Of a DNA stretch of 57,109 nt, positions 27,545-38,561 are shown in pieces. Under the pieces are notes generated by a model. That model searched no databases and was not told where the DNA came from. It saw only the letters and a program-made list of their open reading frames with translations. Position 1 is the stretch's first letter; the number at the start of each line of letters is the position of its first letter. The position numbers and the translations under genes are program-made. This stretch comes from Candidatus Anderseniibacteriota bacterium (GTDB lineage Bacteria > Patescibacteriota > Andersenbacteria > UBA10190). The stretch covers positions 281,062-338,170 of the forward strand of contig JAIOOW010000002.1 of NCBI GenBank assembly GCA_021414205.1, written 5' to 3'.

Positions 27545-27566
27545 TTACATCTAATAATAATTTTCT

Positions 27567-28847
27567 ATGATCGAGTTAGTTGCTGCAATTCTTTTTATTG
27601 CAGGGTATGCAATGATAACCATGGAGCAAAAACTATTCGTCAGCAAGGCTGCGACCGCAACACTTCTCGCAGTATTCCTTTGGATTCTTGCAGCCGTAAC
27701 GATTCCCATGCAGTCATTTAATCAGCAAATAACACAAACAGGGTCCGACCTGTTTGGCTTGCTCGTATTTTTACTTGCCGCAATGACGCTAGTAGAAATC
27801 CTTATCCACTACCATGCATTCGACTTGCTCGAATCTTGGCTGCGTTCTATTAACTTTTCCATGCGAAATCTTGCATGGGTGCTCCTTGGAATTACCTACT
27901 TCGCTTCCATGTTTATTGCCAATCTTACCATCACGATCATCATGATTCAGATTGCGAGAAGATTATTCCCGAAAGAACTTCTTATTCTCGTTTCCATTGC
28001 GATTGTAATTGCTTCAAACACAGGCGGATCCACATCCCCTATCGGGGACCTAAATACGATCATGTTATGGTTTGCGCATAAATTTACTGCAGTCCAGATT
28101 CTATCTCTCGGCTTTCTTCCGAGCCTTGCCACTACCTGCGTAGCTGGAGCATTACTGTTCAGAAAAATATCCACTAAAGACCTTGTTACGACCAATAGCG
28201 AAGCACCGACACTACGAATTTCACGATCAGACACTGCAATTATTATCGCTTCGCTCCTTGCGTTCCTCATGCCCCTAGCAGCATCTTTATTCAACATCCC
28301 TGCATACATGGGAATCATCTTCGGCCTTGGGATTGTATGGGTCATGATTGATTTTGCAAAACGCGTACGCCCACAGACAACCCATCTGCAAGCAAAGATT
28401 CAAAATTTCATGCAGCGCACTGACATTGAGAGTATCCAATTCTTTATCGGAATATTGCTGTCAGTAGGAGCGTTGACGGCACTTGGAGTTCTCCAAACGA
28501 TTACAAATACTGTCTTAGGACAATTCCCGGACGCCATAAGAGTCATTGAAGCGTTTATCGGCCTTGGCTTCGCATCCGCAATCGTGGACAACATCCCTCT
28601 TACTGCCGCGGCTATCAATGCCCTTCCAAACGTATCCCCCAGCTTATGGGTACTCCTTGCACTATGTGTAACTTCGGGAGGATCCCTCCTTATCGTAGGA
28701 TCCGCATCGGGCGTAGTCGCGATGGGTATGATCAAGGAACTTTCGTTTGGAAAATATTTCAAAATAGGAACAGTTCCAGCGCTTCTTGGATTCGCTGCGG
28801 GTATACTCGTATGGATGGTGGAACAATACGCGAGCGGACTATTCTAA
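27567..28847 (+). CDS. nhaD: Na+/H+ antiporter, NhaD-like (ion transporter superfamily)
   Basis: Multi-TM; FLLAAMTLVEIL, ASNTGGSTSPIGD...MLW, SAIVDNIPL, GGSLLIVGSASGVVAMG. Confidence 0.85.
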   Translation: MIELVAAILFIAGYAMITMEQKLFVSKAATATLLAVFLWILAAVTIPMQSFNQQITQTGSDLFGLLVFLLAAMTLVEILIHYHAFDLLESWLRSINFSMRNLAWVLLGITYFASMFIANLTITIIMIQIARRLFPKELLILVSIAIVIASNTGGSTSPIGDLNTIMLWFAHKFTAVQILSLGFLPSLATTCVAGALLFRKISTKDLVTTNSEAPTLRISRSDTAIIIASLLAFLMPLAASLFNIPAYMGIIFGLGIVWVMIDFAKRVRPQTTHLQAKIQNFMQRTDIESIQFFIGILLSVGALTALGVLQTITNTVLGQFPDAIRVIEAFIGLGFASAIVDNIPLTAAAINALPNVSPSLWVLLALCVTSGGSLLIVGSASGVVAMGMIKELSFGKYFKIGTVPALLGFAAGILVWMVEQYASGLF

Positions 28848-28848
28848 G

Positions 28849-29370
28849 CTACGCACGATTATAATCATCCTGCACGCGATGATTATCTGCCTCATTCGAC
28901 GGATGTTCCGGATCCACATGCTGCCAAATTTCCGCAACAACGCCCCAGTCACCTAATCCAACTAAGCGGTGCCGCGTTCCCTTGGGGATTTGTATGAGAT
29001 CGCCTTGCTGATATACAACTGCCTCTGGCTGATCATCCGTTTCGGACAATGGGTACCCAACCGGCCCCTCTACAACCTTATGCCATTCCTGTCGCCTATC
29101 ATGGTACTGCCACGAAAGTCGATGTCCCGCTTCAACCACCAAAATCTTCGGGCTTAATTTTTGCTCTTGGCTTGTAAATAGCTCGGCATGCTCCAAAAAG
29201 AATGTCTTGATAAATTTCTGAGTATCCTCGTCCGCAATAACAAAGTATCCGCCCCAGGGCTTTTCAAAATCCCTCCCTGCGATAGTAAGCCCCTTATCTG
29301 CTAACATGCCCTCGACACGTCTCTCTATAGCACCTTTCTCCGATTCTTGTTTTGGAAGTTTTTCGTTCAT
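28849..29370 (-). CDS. Cupin protein (mannose-6-phosphate isomerase type II C-terminal-like)
   Basis: KPWGGYF, RLSWQYHDRRQEWH, GTRHRLVG, RVQDDYNR. Confidence 0.85.
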   Translation of the reverse strand: MNEKLPKQESEKGAIERRVEGMLADKGLTIAGRDFEKPWGGYFVIADEDTQKFIKTFFLEHAELFTSQEQKLSPKILVVEAGHRLSWQYHDRRQEWHKVVEGPVGYPLSETDDQPEAVVYQQGDLIQIPKGTRHRLVGLGDWGVVAEIWQHVDPEHPSNEADNHRVQDDYNRA

Positions 29371-29383
29371 ACAAAATACTATA

Positions 29384-31147
29384 TCAGGGTTTTTTCGTAT
29401 CACCATGCATCAGCATTTCTACCGCATGCTGCATGGAGCCCGCAAGCGTCACCGCGCCTCCGCCCACAAAGAAAATCTCGTCCGCATCTTCTATCGTATT
29501 TAACCGATGCGCGATAATGACTTTTGTAGTTTCTTGCGGAAGTTTGCGCAAGATATTCTCAAGAAGCTGTTCAGTAACGGTATCAATATTTGCAGTTGCT
29601 TCATCCAAAATCAAAAGCTTTGGATGCCTAAGCACTGCGCGCATAAATGCAATAAGCTGTTTCTGGCCCAAAGAAATAGATTCTCCGCTCGACATCACTT
29701 TCGTTGCAAGACCATCCTCAAACCGAGCTAGTAATTCCGACAGCCCTTCTTGTTCTAACAATACTTGTAGCTGATCGTTTGTATATTCAAAGTAGGTATC
29801 GTTTCCATATACGATATTATCTCGAACCGTGCCCGTGAATAGGAATGGATCTTGCAGGATAAACCCGATCATGGCTGCACGCTTAGCATCTTCATACGAA
29901 CGAATATCCATGCCATCGAGAAACACTTCTCCTTTCGTAGGGTCATACAACCGCGCCATAAGCGATGCCGTAGTCGTTTTCCCTCCGCCCGTCGGACCAA
30001 CAAGGGCATATGTCTTCCCTTTTTCAAGAATAAGCGAAATGTCTTTCAAGACTTCCTTCCCTTCCGGATACATAAACGAAACATTCTTGAATTCCAAAAG
30101 ATTTCCGGACTCATCTTTTCCTTTGCTGGGCAAAGTTTTCATATCAGACTCCATTCCGAGAACTTCAGAAATGCGATCAAGCCCTGCGAGCGCCAGTTGC
30201 CACGAAGACCAGATTTGTGCCAGTTGGCGAAGCGGGAAATAAAAATTTTGAACGTAGAGCAAGAACGCTACGAGAAGTCCGATAGAAAGCGACCCTTGCA
30301 TTATAAAATATACTCCGGCAAGAAGTACGAGCAGCTGTGCGATTTGGCTTGCAAACCCATAAATAGGAGTTGCGATATTACTTGCAACGCCGGCCTTCAC
30401 GGACGCTGCATAATTTTCCTCGTTTACCAGTTCAAACTTTTCCTGAAAATAATCCTGTCGATTAAATGCTGCGATAATTCTAAAATTCGTAATACTTTCT
30501 TGTATCTCAGCACTAAGCGTACCGAGAGTTTGCAAACTCCGCACTGTAGAGCGGCTTACATATCCGCTTATCATGCGTGTAATAATCGCAATACCTATTG
30601 CAGGCACCAGCGCAACTAGGCCCAGTTTAATATTGAGCGATAGCAAAAATATGCCCGCTCCAACAATCAGGAATAAATTCCCCAAAAACTGCACGAGCGC
30701 CTGGGCGAAAAAGTTATTCAGCTTTTCCGTATCGCTGTTAATACGAGAAATAATGTCTCCTGCCGTATTTTGGTTGAAAAATGCCACAGGCAATGACTGC
30801 AACTTGCTGAACAGCGTGTTTCGCAACTGAAACAGCACCCTACGCCCCACCTTACCCATGGTAACAATCTGCGTATAGTTTGCGCCCAGCGCCACGATAT
30901 ACACGACACCCAACAGCGCTGTTCGCATAATAAGCCCCATCATGTCGTGTTGCTTGATTGCCCCGTCGATTGTTTTTGCAATAATGATCGGCCCTGCCAG
31001 GGTCGCTGTGGAGTTGATAAACATCATAGTAAGAGCAATGTAGACGTTGCGCTTTTCTGGAGCCATCAATGGCACAAGCCGCCGAATAGCCAGCATAAGA
31101 GGATTCTTTTTTTCGTACTGATCAGTAGTTTTAAGCTTGTAGTTCAT
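29384..31147 (-). CDS. ABC exporter, fused permease and ATPase (heterodimer subunit)
   Basis: TM domain, GPTGGGKT, ISLGQKQL, LILDEATANID, IAHRL. Confidence 0.93.
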   Translation of the reverse strand: MNYKLKTTDQYEKKNPLMLAIRRLVPLMAPEKRNVYIALTMMFINSTATLAGPIIIAKTIDGAIKQHDMMGLIMRTALLGVVYIVALGANYTQIVTMGKVGRRVLFQLRNTLFSKLQSLPVAFFNQNTAGDIISRINSDTEKLNNFFAQALVQFLGNLFLIVGAGIFLLSLNIKLGLVALVPAIGIAIITRMISGYVSRSTVRSLQTLGTLSAEIQESITNFRIIAAFNRQDYFQEKFELVNEENYAASVKAGVASNIATPIYGFASQIAQLLVLLAGVYFIMQGSLSIGLLVAFLLYVQNFYFPLRQLAQIWSSWQLALAGLDRISEVLGMESDMKTLPSKGKDESGNLLEFKNVSFMYPEGKEVLKDISLILEKGKTYALVGPTGGGKTTTASLMARLYDPTKGEVFLDGMDIRSYEDAKRAAMIGFILQDPFLFTGTVRDNIVYGNDTYFEYTNDQLQVLLEQEGLSELLARFEDGLATKVMSSGESISLGQKQLIAFMRAVLRHPKLLILDEATANIDTVTEQLLENILRKLPQETTKVIIAHRLNTIEDADEIFFVGGGAVTLAGSMQHAVEMLMHGDTKKP

Positions 31148-32858
31148 AGGCGTTGATTGATTGTTGAGAATCATAAATCTGAACGTATTCTGGAGACGAT
31201 TTCATAAGCTCCTGGTGAGTTCCCTTCGCTAGCAGCTCCCCTTCCATTAATAAAACAACCTGATCGTAACTCTCGATTGGGGCAATTTTTTGGCTAATAG
31301 AAAGCAAGGTAATATTCGGATAATTTTTTTCTATATTTCGCACGATACGCTGCTCCGTGTCGATATCGACTCGAGCAGTAAAGTCATCAAGCACTAGAAT
31401 ACTAGGATTTTGCGCTAATGCTCGCGCAAGCATGACGCGCTGCTTCTGACCGCCCGACAAGCTAGTTCCTCGCTCAGACACGATAGTATTAAGCCCATCG
31501 GGGAGCGTAGTAATAAAGTCCGCAATCTCAGCTGTTTGCATCGCACGATTCAAATCATCATCTTTAACATCGTCCGTAAATGCGATATTTTCTTTCAGGC
31601 TCAAATTAAACAAGATACTATCTTGAAACACAAAACCGATCTGACGACGAAGTGCATGCTGATCGTAATCTGCAGCAGGTACTCCATCAAATGTAATAAC
31701 GCCCGCTTCAGGCTGCAGCAGTCCCGTAATCACATACAGCAACTGCGTTTTACCAGCGGCAGTAGGCCCTACAATCGCAGTCTTTTTGCCGGCACGAACA
31801 TCAAACGAAATATCATCTAAAACGAGCTTGCCGTTATGCTTAACAGTAACGTTCTGCACTGCAATATCGCCCTGTATTTTTTTAGACACTGTGCCCGAAG
31901 CTTTTCGAGTAGGCGCATCCAACACTTCGGCAATGCGCTGGTACGACGCAGACGACATGGCAATCATGTTCGAGGTGAAGCCTAATATGATAATCGGAAA
32001 TACGAGAATAGCTAAGTACCCGTTAAACGCGGTAAAGTCTCCGAGCGACATGCTCCCCGCGATTACAAACCGGCCTCCGAGTCCCAAAATAATGATAGTT
32101 GCCAAATTCGTCGCAAACGTAATAACCGGGATTAATGTTGCGAACATTTTCAAAATATTTAAACTGATATTTTTTGCATTATCGGCGGCATCGAAAAACT
32201 TCTTGCTCTCGACGTGCTGAGCATTCAATAACCGAACGAGCGATGCGGCAAAGATGCTTTCCTGAATCACCTTATTGAGCCAATCGAGCGCCTCTTGCCC
32301 GATTTTAAACAGGTGACGAACGCGACGAAGGACAAAGTAAAATGTCACCACGATAATGGGAATAATCACCATGACTGCCGAAGCCAATCGCCAGTTCGTT
32401 ATAAATAGCAATGCGCTGGCACCAATAATCAAAAAGATAGAAGAAATGATCGATGGAATTGCCTGTGATACAAACATTTTCACCGCGTCAACATCGCTCG
32501 TTACGTTTGTGAGAAGTTTTGCAGATGTCACGCCCTGGATATACATGTAATCATGCTTGGCAATCGTTTCGACCAACTGCTTTCGCAAATCGCGCGCAAC
32601 ACGTTCCGACGCAATAACCTGCACATATATCTGCAAAAAAGTAAATACAAAAATACCGAGCGCCACTGCGCAAAATACCCAAAAGACAAACGAGGTGTTG
32701 AATGTCCCATGGGAAAATTGATCAATGCCGTATGCAACGATTTTCGGTATAGCCAAGTTAAGCGCATTCGCGCCAACGGTCATTGCAACAAGCCCTGCGA
32801 CGAGCCCTTTATAAGGGCCCAATAGGCTCATGAGATTTCTCTTTGGATTATCGGGCAT
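31131..32858 (-). CDS. ABC exporter, fused permease and ATPase (degenerate-site subunit)
   Basis: GPTAAGKT, LSGGQKQR, LDDFT (Asp in place of catalytic Glu), ISQK (Gln in place of His), as in heterodimeric exporters. Confidence 0.93.
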   Translation of the reverse strand: MPDNPKRNLMSLLGPYKGLVAGLVAMTVGANALNLAIPKIVAYGIDQFSHGTFNTSFVFWVFCAVALGIFVFTFLQIYVQVIASERVARDLRKQLVETIAKHDYMYIQGVTSAKLLTNVTSDVDAVKMFVSQAIPSIISSIFLIIGASALLFITNWRLASAVMVIIPIIVVTFYFVLRRVRHLFKIGQEALDWLNKVIQESIFAASLVRLLNAQHVESKKFFDAADNAKNISLNILKMFATLIPVITFATNLATIIILGLGGRFVIAGSMSLGDFTAFNGYLAILVFPIIILGFTSNMIAMSSASYQRIAEVLDAPTRKASGTVSKKIQGDIAVQNVTVKHNGKLVLDDISFDVRAGKKTAIVGPTAAGKTQLLYVITGLLQPEAGVITFDGVPAADYDQHALRRQIGFVFQDSILFNLSLKENIAFTDDVKDDDLNRAMQTAEIADFITTLPDGLNTIVSERGTSLSGGQKQRVMLARALAQNPSILVLDDFTARVDIDTEQRIVRNIEKNYPNITLLSISQKIAPIESYDQVVLLMEGELLAKGTHQELMKSSPEYVQIYDSQQSINAYELQA

Positions 32859-32908
32859 ATGCAGCCTCCAGTATGCCAGATTTTAGTATGTTGTGTACAC
32901 TTATTTGC

Positions 32909-34327
32909 ATGAAATCCCCTTGGATTATTATCATCCTTTCCGTCGCTCTCTATAGTGCAATCGACTGGACCGAATATGCAAATCTGCGAAACGGTATCGA
33001 CTTGGGGACCTATACGCAAATTTTGTACAATATTTCGTCATTTCACGCATTTCCGCCGTTTAATTCCATATTAGGAGAAAGCGCATGGGGCGATCATGCG
33101 CACTTTATCATGATTGCCTTAGCCCCATTATTCGCGCTGTATCCGCACGACATAACGCCGCTCATCCTGCAAATCATCGCTATCACGACATCCGCATGGG
33201 CGCTGTGTGACATTGCATACCGAAGATTCAAAAACATATTTTTTGCATACGCGATAACAATCTCATACCTTCTCTTTTTTGGTATTCAATACGCCCTCTC
33301 TTTCGATGTTCATGCAAACGTATTCACGTGTGCGCTTCTCGCATGGCTCTTTTGGGCATATGAAACAGATAAGAAAAAACTGTATTGGCTCATATTCGCA
33401 CTCACGATTATCACGCGCGAAGACGCAGCGTTATTCACTGGAGCATTTGGATTTTATGTAGCGGCCGCGTCGCTACTGCCTTCTTCTTATGGTCAAAATC
33501 GCCGCCTCGGGATCATTACACTACTCATCTCTATCGTCTATTTTTTCACCACAACGTATTATATTATGCCGGCACTCCAAGAAAATCACACTGCGTTGGC
33601 ATATTTCGATATCGATAAGCGAATATTTTTCCACCCAATTAAACTTTGGCAAAACATGTTCGACAATTCAAGAAAAGTACGAACATTCAATAACTCCTTT
33701 GCGTCGTTCAGCTATCTCCCATTCTTTTCCCCATTCTCATACCTCGCCACAGCACCAAACTTCATCGCTCGCTTTTTATCTGGGGAACAACAGCGCTGGG
33801 GCATGAAATTGCACTATAGCGCCAGCCTGGCATCGGTCCTTGCGTACGGAAGTATATTGGGAATAGCTATGATTATACGAATTGCTCGGCGCATACCCAT
33901 CATCGCCACAAAAGAAGCCTATATCCTCATCATCGCGAGCATCGCACTCATGTACAGCACATATGCTATATCACTTCGTGATATAGATTTACCCATTCAT
34001 CAATATTTCTCACATATTAATACTGATATTAATCCCGATGCCGTAGCGATGCGCAGTCACTTACAAACCATCCAAAAACAAATTCCACAATCAGACAGTG
34101 TCGCAACAATCAGTTCATTTGTCCCAGTATTCGCAACAAGGGAAAAGGTAAATTACATCGACAGCGCTACGAATTTTTCAGCAGATTGGATTATTATTTC
34201 TAACCAATACACTTCGTGGCCACTATCTCGAAAAGAAATTAATACGGCAATCTATAATCTCAAGCAAAATCCAAATTATGTTTTGCTAGAGAATACGAAT
34301 AGCTTATTTGTGTTTAAAAAGATTTAG
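32909..34327 (+). CDS. DUF2079-family membrane protein (GT-C-like)
   Basis: DLGTYTQIL, WGDHAHF, FDVHANVF, TREDAAL, HYSASL; multi-TM. Confidence 0.8.
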   Translation: MKSPWIIIILSVALYSAIDWTEYANLRNGIDLGTYTQILYNISSFHAFPPFNSILGESAWGDHAHFIMIALAPLFALYPHDITPLILQIIAITTSAWALCDIAYRRFKNIFFAYAITISYLLFFGIQYALSFDVHANVFTCALLAWLFWAYETDKKKLYWLIFALTIITREDAALFTGAFGFYVAAASLLPSSYGQNRRLGIITLLISIVYFFTTTYYIMPALQENHTALAYFDIDKRIFFHPIKLWQNMFDNSRKVRTFNNSFASFSYLPFFSPFSYLATAPNFIARFLSGEQQRWGMKLHYSASLASVLAYGSILGIAMIIRIARRIPIIATKEAYILIIASIALMYSTYAISLRDIDLPIHQYFSHINTDINPDAVAMRSHLQTIQKQIPQSDSVATISSFVPVFATREKVNYIDSATNFSADWIIISNQYTSWPLSRKEINTAIYNLKQNPNYVLLENTNSLFVFKKI

Positions 34328-35331
34328 ACAACCGGCTCGAGGTTTTTCTTTTTCTTAAACAACTTCGCCCCGAGCGTATATTGGTCGTACCCATGCAAGA
34401 AGATGGCGATGTTTACCCCGAATAAAATAAGATGAGGCCATACAGATTCACCAAAATAGATAATAGACATCGTAAGAAATACCAAGAAAAATACTGCAAA
34501 GAATCGAACAAATATGCCCAGTATAAACGCTATGCCAATCATGCTTTCAACCAAGAACGCGCCGAGGACTAAAAACAACGGTGTAAAATGGAAAAATTGC
34601 GTTAAATGATAATCGTTAACGGTATCTAACGCTAAATCGCTATGCAAAAACTTTGCATACATAGATGCATATATAAGCGAGATTCCAAACAATACACGAA
34701 GAATAAAGAAGCCGTATTTTTCGAACACGATGTGCATTGGTTTAAAAAACTTCTGCAAAAATTGTAATTTGCTCCAATGGTGATCAAGCGACCACATTCC
34801 TCCGCCCAATATCAATATAATCAGCATCTCACCTAAGTAATTCACATACGTAAGCATGTAGGTGTGATAGGTAAGTACGGCCCCGGCGAACAATAGCAAA
34901 CTAATAATCGCGGCAACGCGAGTAAAAAACCCTATCACTATACAAACCCCTAATACTATAAACAGCCACGACATTGGAATGGCTAAGTGATGATATTCTG
35001 CAGACAATGTAAGCTCCGGCCCGAAGATATCTTGAAAATACCCAGAAAAAATCAAGCTGCCTCCGAGCGTCAGGCGGGCAACAAGTGGAGCAAATTTCTT
35101 GATATACAATATGGGTTTTGCAAAAAGCTTCTGTAATGGGGTATTCGCGGAAAGAAACGCGAGCAATGCCAACACTACTACAACTATCCCAAACCACTCC
35201 ATAAATTCGCCAGCATGTCCAGTAATTGCCGTAAACGGATTTGGAGAAGATACTGCAACATCGCTCGCAATCCTGCCAGGCTGAAGAACATACACTTCAT
35301 GCGCCGATGCTACTGGAACAAGCCAACTCAT
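34324..35331 (-). CDS. DoxX-family membrane protein (tandem domains)
   Basis: AHEVYV N-terminus, IFGPEL, GGGMWSLD, ESVWPHLILFG. Confidence 0.75.
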   Translation of the reverse strand: MSWLVPVASAHEVYVLQPGRIASDVAVSSPNPFTAITGHAGEFMEWFGIVVVVLALLAFLSANTPLQKLFAKPILYIKKFAPLVARLTLGGSLIFSGYFQDIFGPELTLSAEYHHLAIPMSWLFIVLGVCIVIGFFTRVAAIISLLLFAGAVLTYHTYMLTYVNYLGEMLIILILGGGMWSLDHHWSKLQFLQKFFKPMHIVFEKYGFFILRVLFGISLIYASMYAKFLHSDLALDTVNDYHLTQFFHFTPLFLVLGAFLVESMIGIAFILGIFVRFFAVFFLVFLTMSIIYFGESVWPHLILFGVNIAIFLHGYDQYTLGAKLFKKKKNLEPVV

Positions 35332-35399
35332 ATGCTCGTAATCATACACCGCAAAGACAATTTTACAGAAGCACCTATACACAGTATGCTGATTAGCTT

Positions 35400-37388
35400 A
35401 TGCAAAAACGTTCATCTAACGCTTTTTTTATTTTTGTTCTCGTGCTCTTCGGGCTCGAGATGTTCGGCATTGCATACACCATCAAGCAATATAGAAGCTA
35501 CATTATACCGGATGAAAATACGTTATTACACACAAGAGATTCTGGCCTGACTATCGAGGATCGCGAAGGCAATCCATTCTTCACATTTGAATCCCCTGCC
35601 CGGAAAACATTCGTACCAATCTCCCAAGTCCCGGACTATGTTCAGGAGGCAGTCTTAGCATCAGAAGACCGAAGTTTTTACCAGCATGGGGCGCTGTCGT
35701 TTCCAGGAATTATTCGTGCAGTCATAGACGATATTAAGCTGAAAAAATTAGCATACGGCGGCTCTACTCTCACACAGCAAGTAGTCAAGAACACTATGCT
35801 ATCGCCAGAAAAAAGCTTTGCGCGCAAATACAAAGAAATGCTTTTGGCATTCAAGCTAGAAAAGCAGCTTACGAAGCAGCAAATCCTAGAACTGTACATA
35901 AACACTGCCTACTTCGGACAAAACGCATTCGGCATCGAAGCAGCTGCCCAAACATACTATGGCAAGCACGCATCGGATCTCACTGTTGGAGAAGCAACTA
36001 CCCTTGCTGCCCTTCTGCCAGCGCCATCAGACCTTACTCCAGCACACGGAATTTCCGAAATATTAACGAATCGAAAAGCCAGCATCTTAGATTACTTGGT
36101 CACACAGAAAAAGATTTCTCAAAATGATACTGAGAAATATCTACACGATTACGGAACGCTTATTCCGAGAAAAGACCAGAATATCGGTGCTCCCTATTTT
36201 GCAACGATGGTACGAGACCAGCTTATTGCCCATTTTGGCGAACAAACCGTGTATGGCGAGGGATTGCACGTGCGAACGACTCTCGACCCAATACTCCAAA
36301 CTCAAGTGGAAAATATACTGCTCAATCAAAAAAACAGGCTCCTTGCATATAACGCACATAACGCATCGGCAATAGTTATTGATACGGCAAGCAGACAAGT
36401 ACTCGCCCTTGTTGGAAATATTTCCTGGAACGAGGGCAAAAACGGTCAAATTAATATGGCCCTCTCGCCGCGCCAGCCCGGTTCGTCATTCAAGCCTATC
36501 GTGTACGCGACTGCGCTTGAACAAGGAAATATTACTCCGGCAACGCCCCTCCACGATATTCCTACTACGTACCAAATCAGCAAAACAAAAACATATACAC
36601 CCCAAAATTATACCCGATCTTTTTTTGGAATCGTATCCGCAGGATTCGCCCTGGCAAATTCCCTCAACGTTCCCGCTGTTGAAGTGCTCCATTTGGCCGG
36701 TGGCACCAACGTGGTGGCAAAAGCAATGGGTATGGGAATTTCTAACTTGCCAGAATCCGCAAAGACAAACCTGTCATTTGCACTCGGCGCATACGAAGTA
36801 TCACTGTACGACATGACGAATGCCTATGCGACATTTTCAGACAATGGACTATATAAAGAACCGCAAACAATTATAGAGATCCAAGATAAATTCGGAACTG
36901 CAGTGCAGCCGCCAATCTTACAAGAACACCAGGCAGTATCTTCCGGAGTAGCATCGCTTATCACATCCATGCTTTCCGACGAGCAAATGACCACGTCAAT
37001 ATTCGGATCTCTTTTGCACTTCAATCAACCACTTGCATTAAAAACGGGTACCAGCTCGGATTACCGCGACGAATGGACACTCGGATACTCTGCACACACT
37101 ACCATCGGAGTGTGGGTGGGCAACAGCGATAACGCGCCAATGACAAGCCAGCCAAGCGTCGTCACCGCAACGCCAATCTGGAAACAAATTATGGACACCG
37201 TAGCACAAACCAACCCGCCGATTCCGTTCGAACCATCAGACGAAACAACTACCGCCTATCTGTGCGTCACACCCTCTGCGAAAGGACAGAAACAATCACA
37301 ACTATTTCTCAAGAATGCTATCGACCCGAATTACTGCCTTCCGAACACTGAACCGATTAGTAGAATTCCGACCCTTCCGTTGCCGTAA
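35400..37388 (+). CDS. Class A penicillin-binding protein (transglycosylase/transpeptidase)
   Basis: [34 protein letters not shown]; [20 protein letters not shown]. Confidence 0.95.
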   Translation: MQKRSSNAFFIFVLVLFGLEMFGIAYTIKQYRSYIIPDENTLLHTRDSGLTIEDREGNPFFTFESPARKTFVPISQVPDYVQEAVLASEDRSFYQHGALSFPGIIRAVIDDIKLKKLAYGGSTLTQQVVKNTMLSPEKSFARKYKEMLLAFKLEKQLTKQQILELYINTAYFGQNAFGIEAAAQTYYGKHASDLTVGEATTLAALLPAPSDLTPAHGISEILTNRKASILDYLVTQKKISQNDTEKYLHDYGTLIPRKDQNIGAPYFATMVRDQLIAHFGEQTVYGEGLHVRTTLDPILQTQVENILLNQKNRLLAYNAHNASAIVIDTASRQVLALVGNISWNEGKNGQINMALSPRQPGSSFKPIVYATALEQGNITPATPLHDIPTTYQISKTKTYTPQNYTRSFFGIVSAGFALANSLNVPAVEVLHLAGGTNVVAKAMGMGISNLPESAKTNLSFALGAYEVSLYDMTNAYATFSDNGLYKEPQTIIEIQDKFGTAVQPPILQEHQAVSSGVASLITSMLSDEQMTTSIFGSLLHFNQPLALKTGTSSDYRDEWTLGYSAHTTIGVWVGNSDNAPMTSQPSVVTATPIWKQIMDTVAQTNPPIPFEPSDETTTAYLCVTPSAKGQKQSQLFLKNAIDPNYCLPNTEPISRIPTLPLP

Positions 37389-38394
37389 TAATACTGGTCA
37401 TCATCTTTACCGTTCGAACTGGATACTTTCCCATCGCAGATTCTCCGGAGAGCATCACTGCATCGGTATGATCAAGTACTGCGTTTGCAACGTCAGATAC
37501 TTCTGCGCGAGTAGGTCGAGGGTTGTATTGCATTGATCCCATCATCTCTGTTGCCGTAATTACGAATTTCTTCGCTTCTCGACATTTCTTAATCATGCGC
37601 TTCTGCCAAATTGGCACTTCATGCATCGGAGACTCTAATCCAAGATCACCTCGAGCAACCATAATTCCATCAACTTCTGCAAGAATTCCATCAAAATTTT
37701 CGAGTGCCTGTGGCATTTCAATCTTTGCAATCACAAGCGGCATGTTCGCGCCTTGTGGTAAATATTCAACCATCTTCGCTCGAAGAATTTTAATATCTTC
37801 TGCGGATCGTACGAACGAAAGCGCAACGTAGTCCATATCGTGCTGCAACCCAAACTGCAAATCATCCAAATCTTTCGCCGTCATTGCTTCATCAACTAAT
37901 GAAACGTTCGGGACGTTAATACCCTTCTTTGAAAGAAGCTGGCCGCCAAGCAATACTTTTGCAGTTACGAACAGTCCCTGAACATCAAGAACCTCTAATT
38001 CAAACGTACCGTCCGCAAGCAAGATGAGTCCGCCCTTCTTTACTTGAGTAGCCAAGCTTTCATATGGAACAGGAATAATCCCAGCATCTGCCGTCTGCAC
38101 TCCTGCCTGCATCGTAACAGTCTCCCCTTCCGTAAGCGTCATTCCTTCTTCAGGAAGAATTCCGATACGAAGCTTCGGACCCTGTAAATCAAGGAGCGCT
38201 TGTACGGCAACTCCTGCCTTACTTGCCGCCTCTCGAACGGTATTCAGCAATGCAACGTTGCTTTCGTGAGTACCATGAGAAAAATTAAATCGAGCAATAT
38301 TCATGCCCGCCTCTGCCATCCCTGTCAGCACGTCTACTGATGAGCTCGCAGGGCCAATCGTACATACAATTTTTGTTGTTTTATTCGGTGTCAT
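37357..38394 (-). CDS. pyk: Pyruvate kinase lacking the C-terminal domain
   Basis: [64 protein letters not shown]; ends at 345 aa. Confidence 0.95.
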   Translation of the reverse strand: MTPNKTTKIVCTIGPASSSVDVLTGMAEAGMNIARFNFSHGTHESNVALLNTVREAASKAGVAVQALLDLQGPKLRIGILPEEGMTLTEGETVTMQAGVQTADAGIIPVPYESLATQVKKGGLILLADGTFELEVLDVQGLFVTAKVLLGGQLLSKKGINVPNVSLVDEAMTAKDLDDLQFGLQHDMDYVALSFVRSAEDIKILRAKMVEYLPQGANMPLVIAKIEMPQALENFDGILAEVDGIMVARGDLGLESPMHEVPIWQKRMIKKCREAKKFVITATEMMGSMQYNPRPTRAEVSDVANAVLDHTDAVMLSGESAMGKYPVRTVKMMTSIITATEGSEFY

Positions 38395-38453
38395 GAAAGG
38401 ATTGTATGGGAAACTTGCCTATCCGTCAAAAGAAAGGGTTAAAGATAAAGATG

Positions 38454-38515
38454 AAAAATCGACACTTGACTTTTATGCAGATACCTGCTATATAGAGGAA
38501 GGTTCTTTATACAAT
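38454..38515 (+). promoter_or_regulatory. Sigma70 promoter plus boxA-like motif
   Basis: AAAAATCGAC-ac-TTGACT-N17-TATATA, then GGTTCTTTATACAAT. Confidence 0.55.
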
Positions 38516-38561
38516 CTATTCACTTGACTGTTACTGTAAAGTACAGCTACAATCGCTTGGT

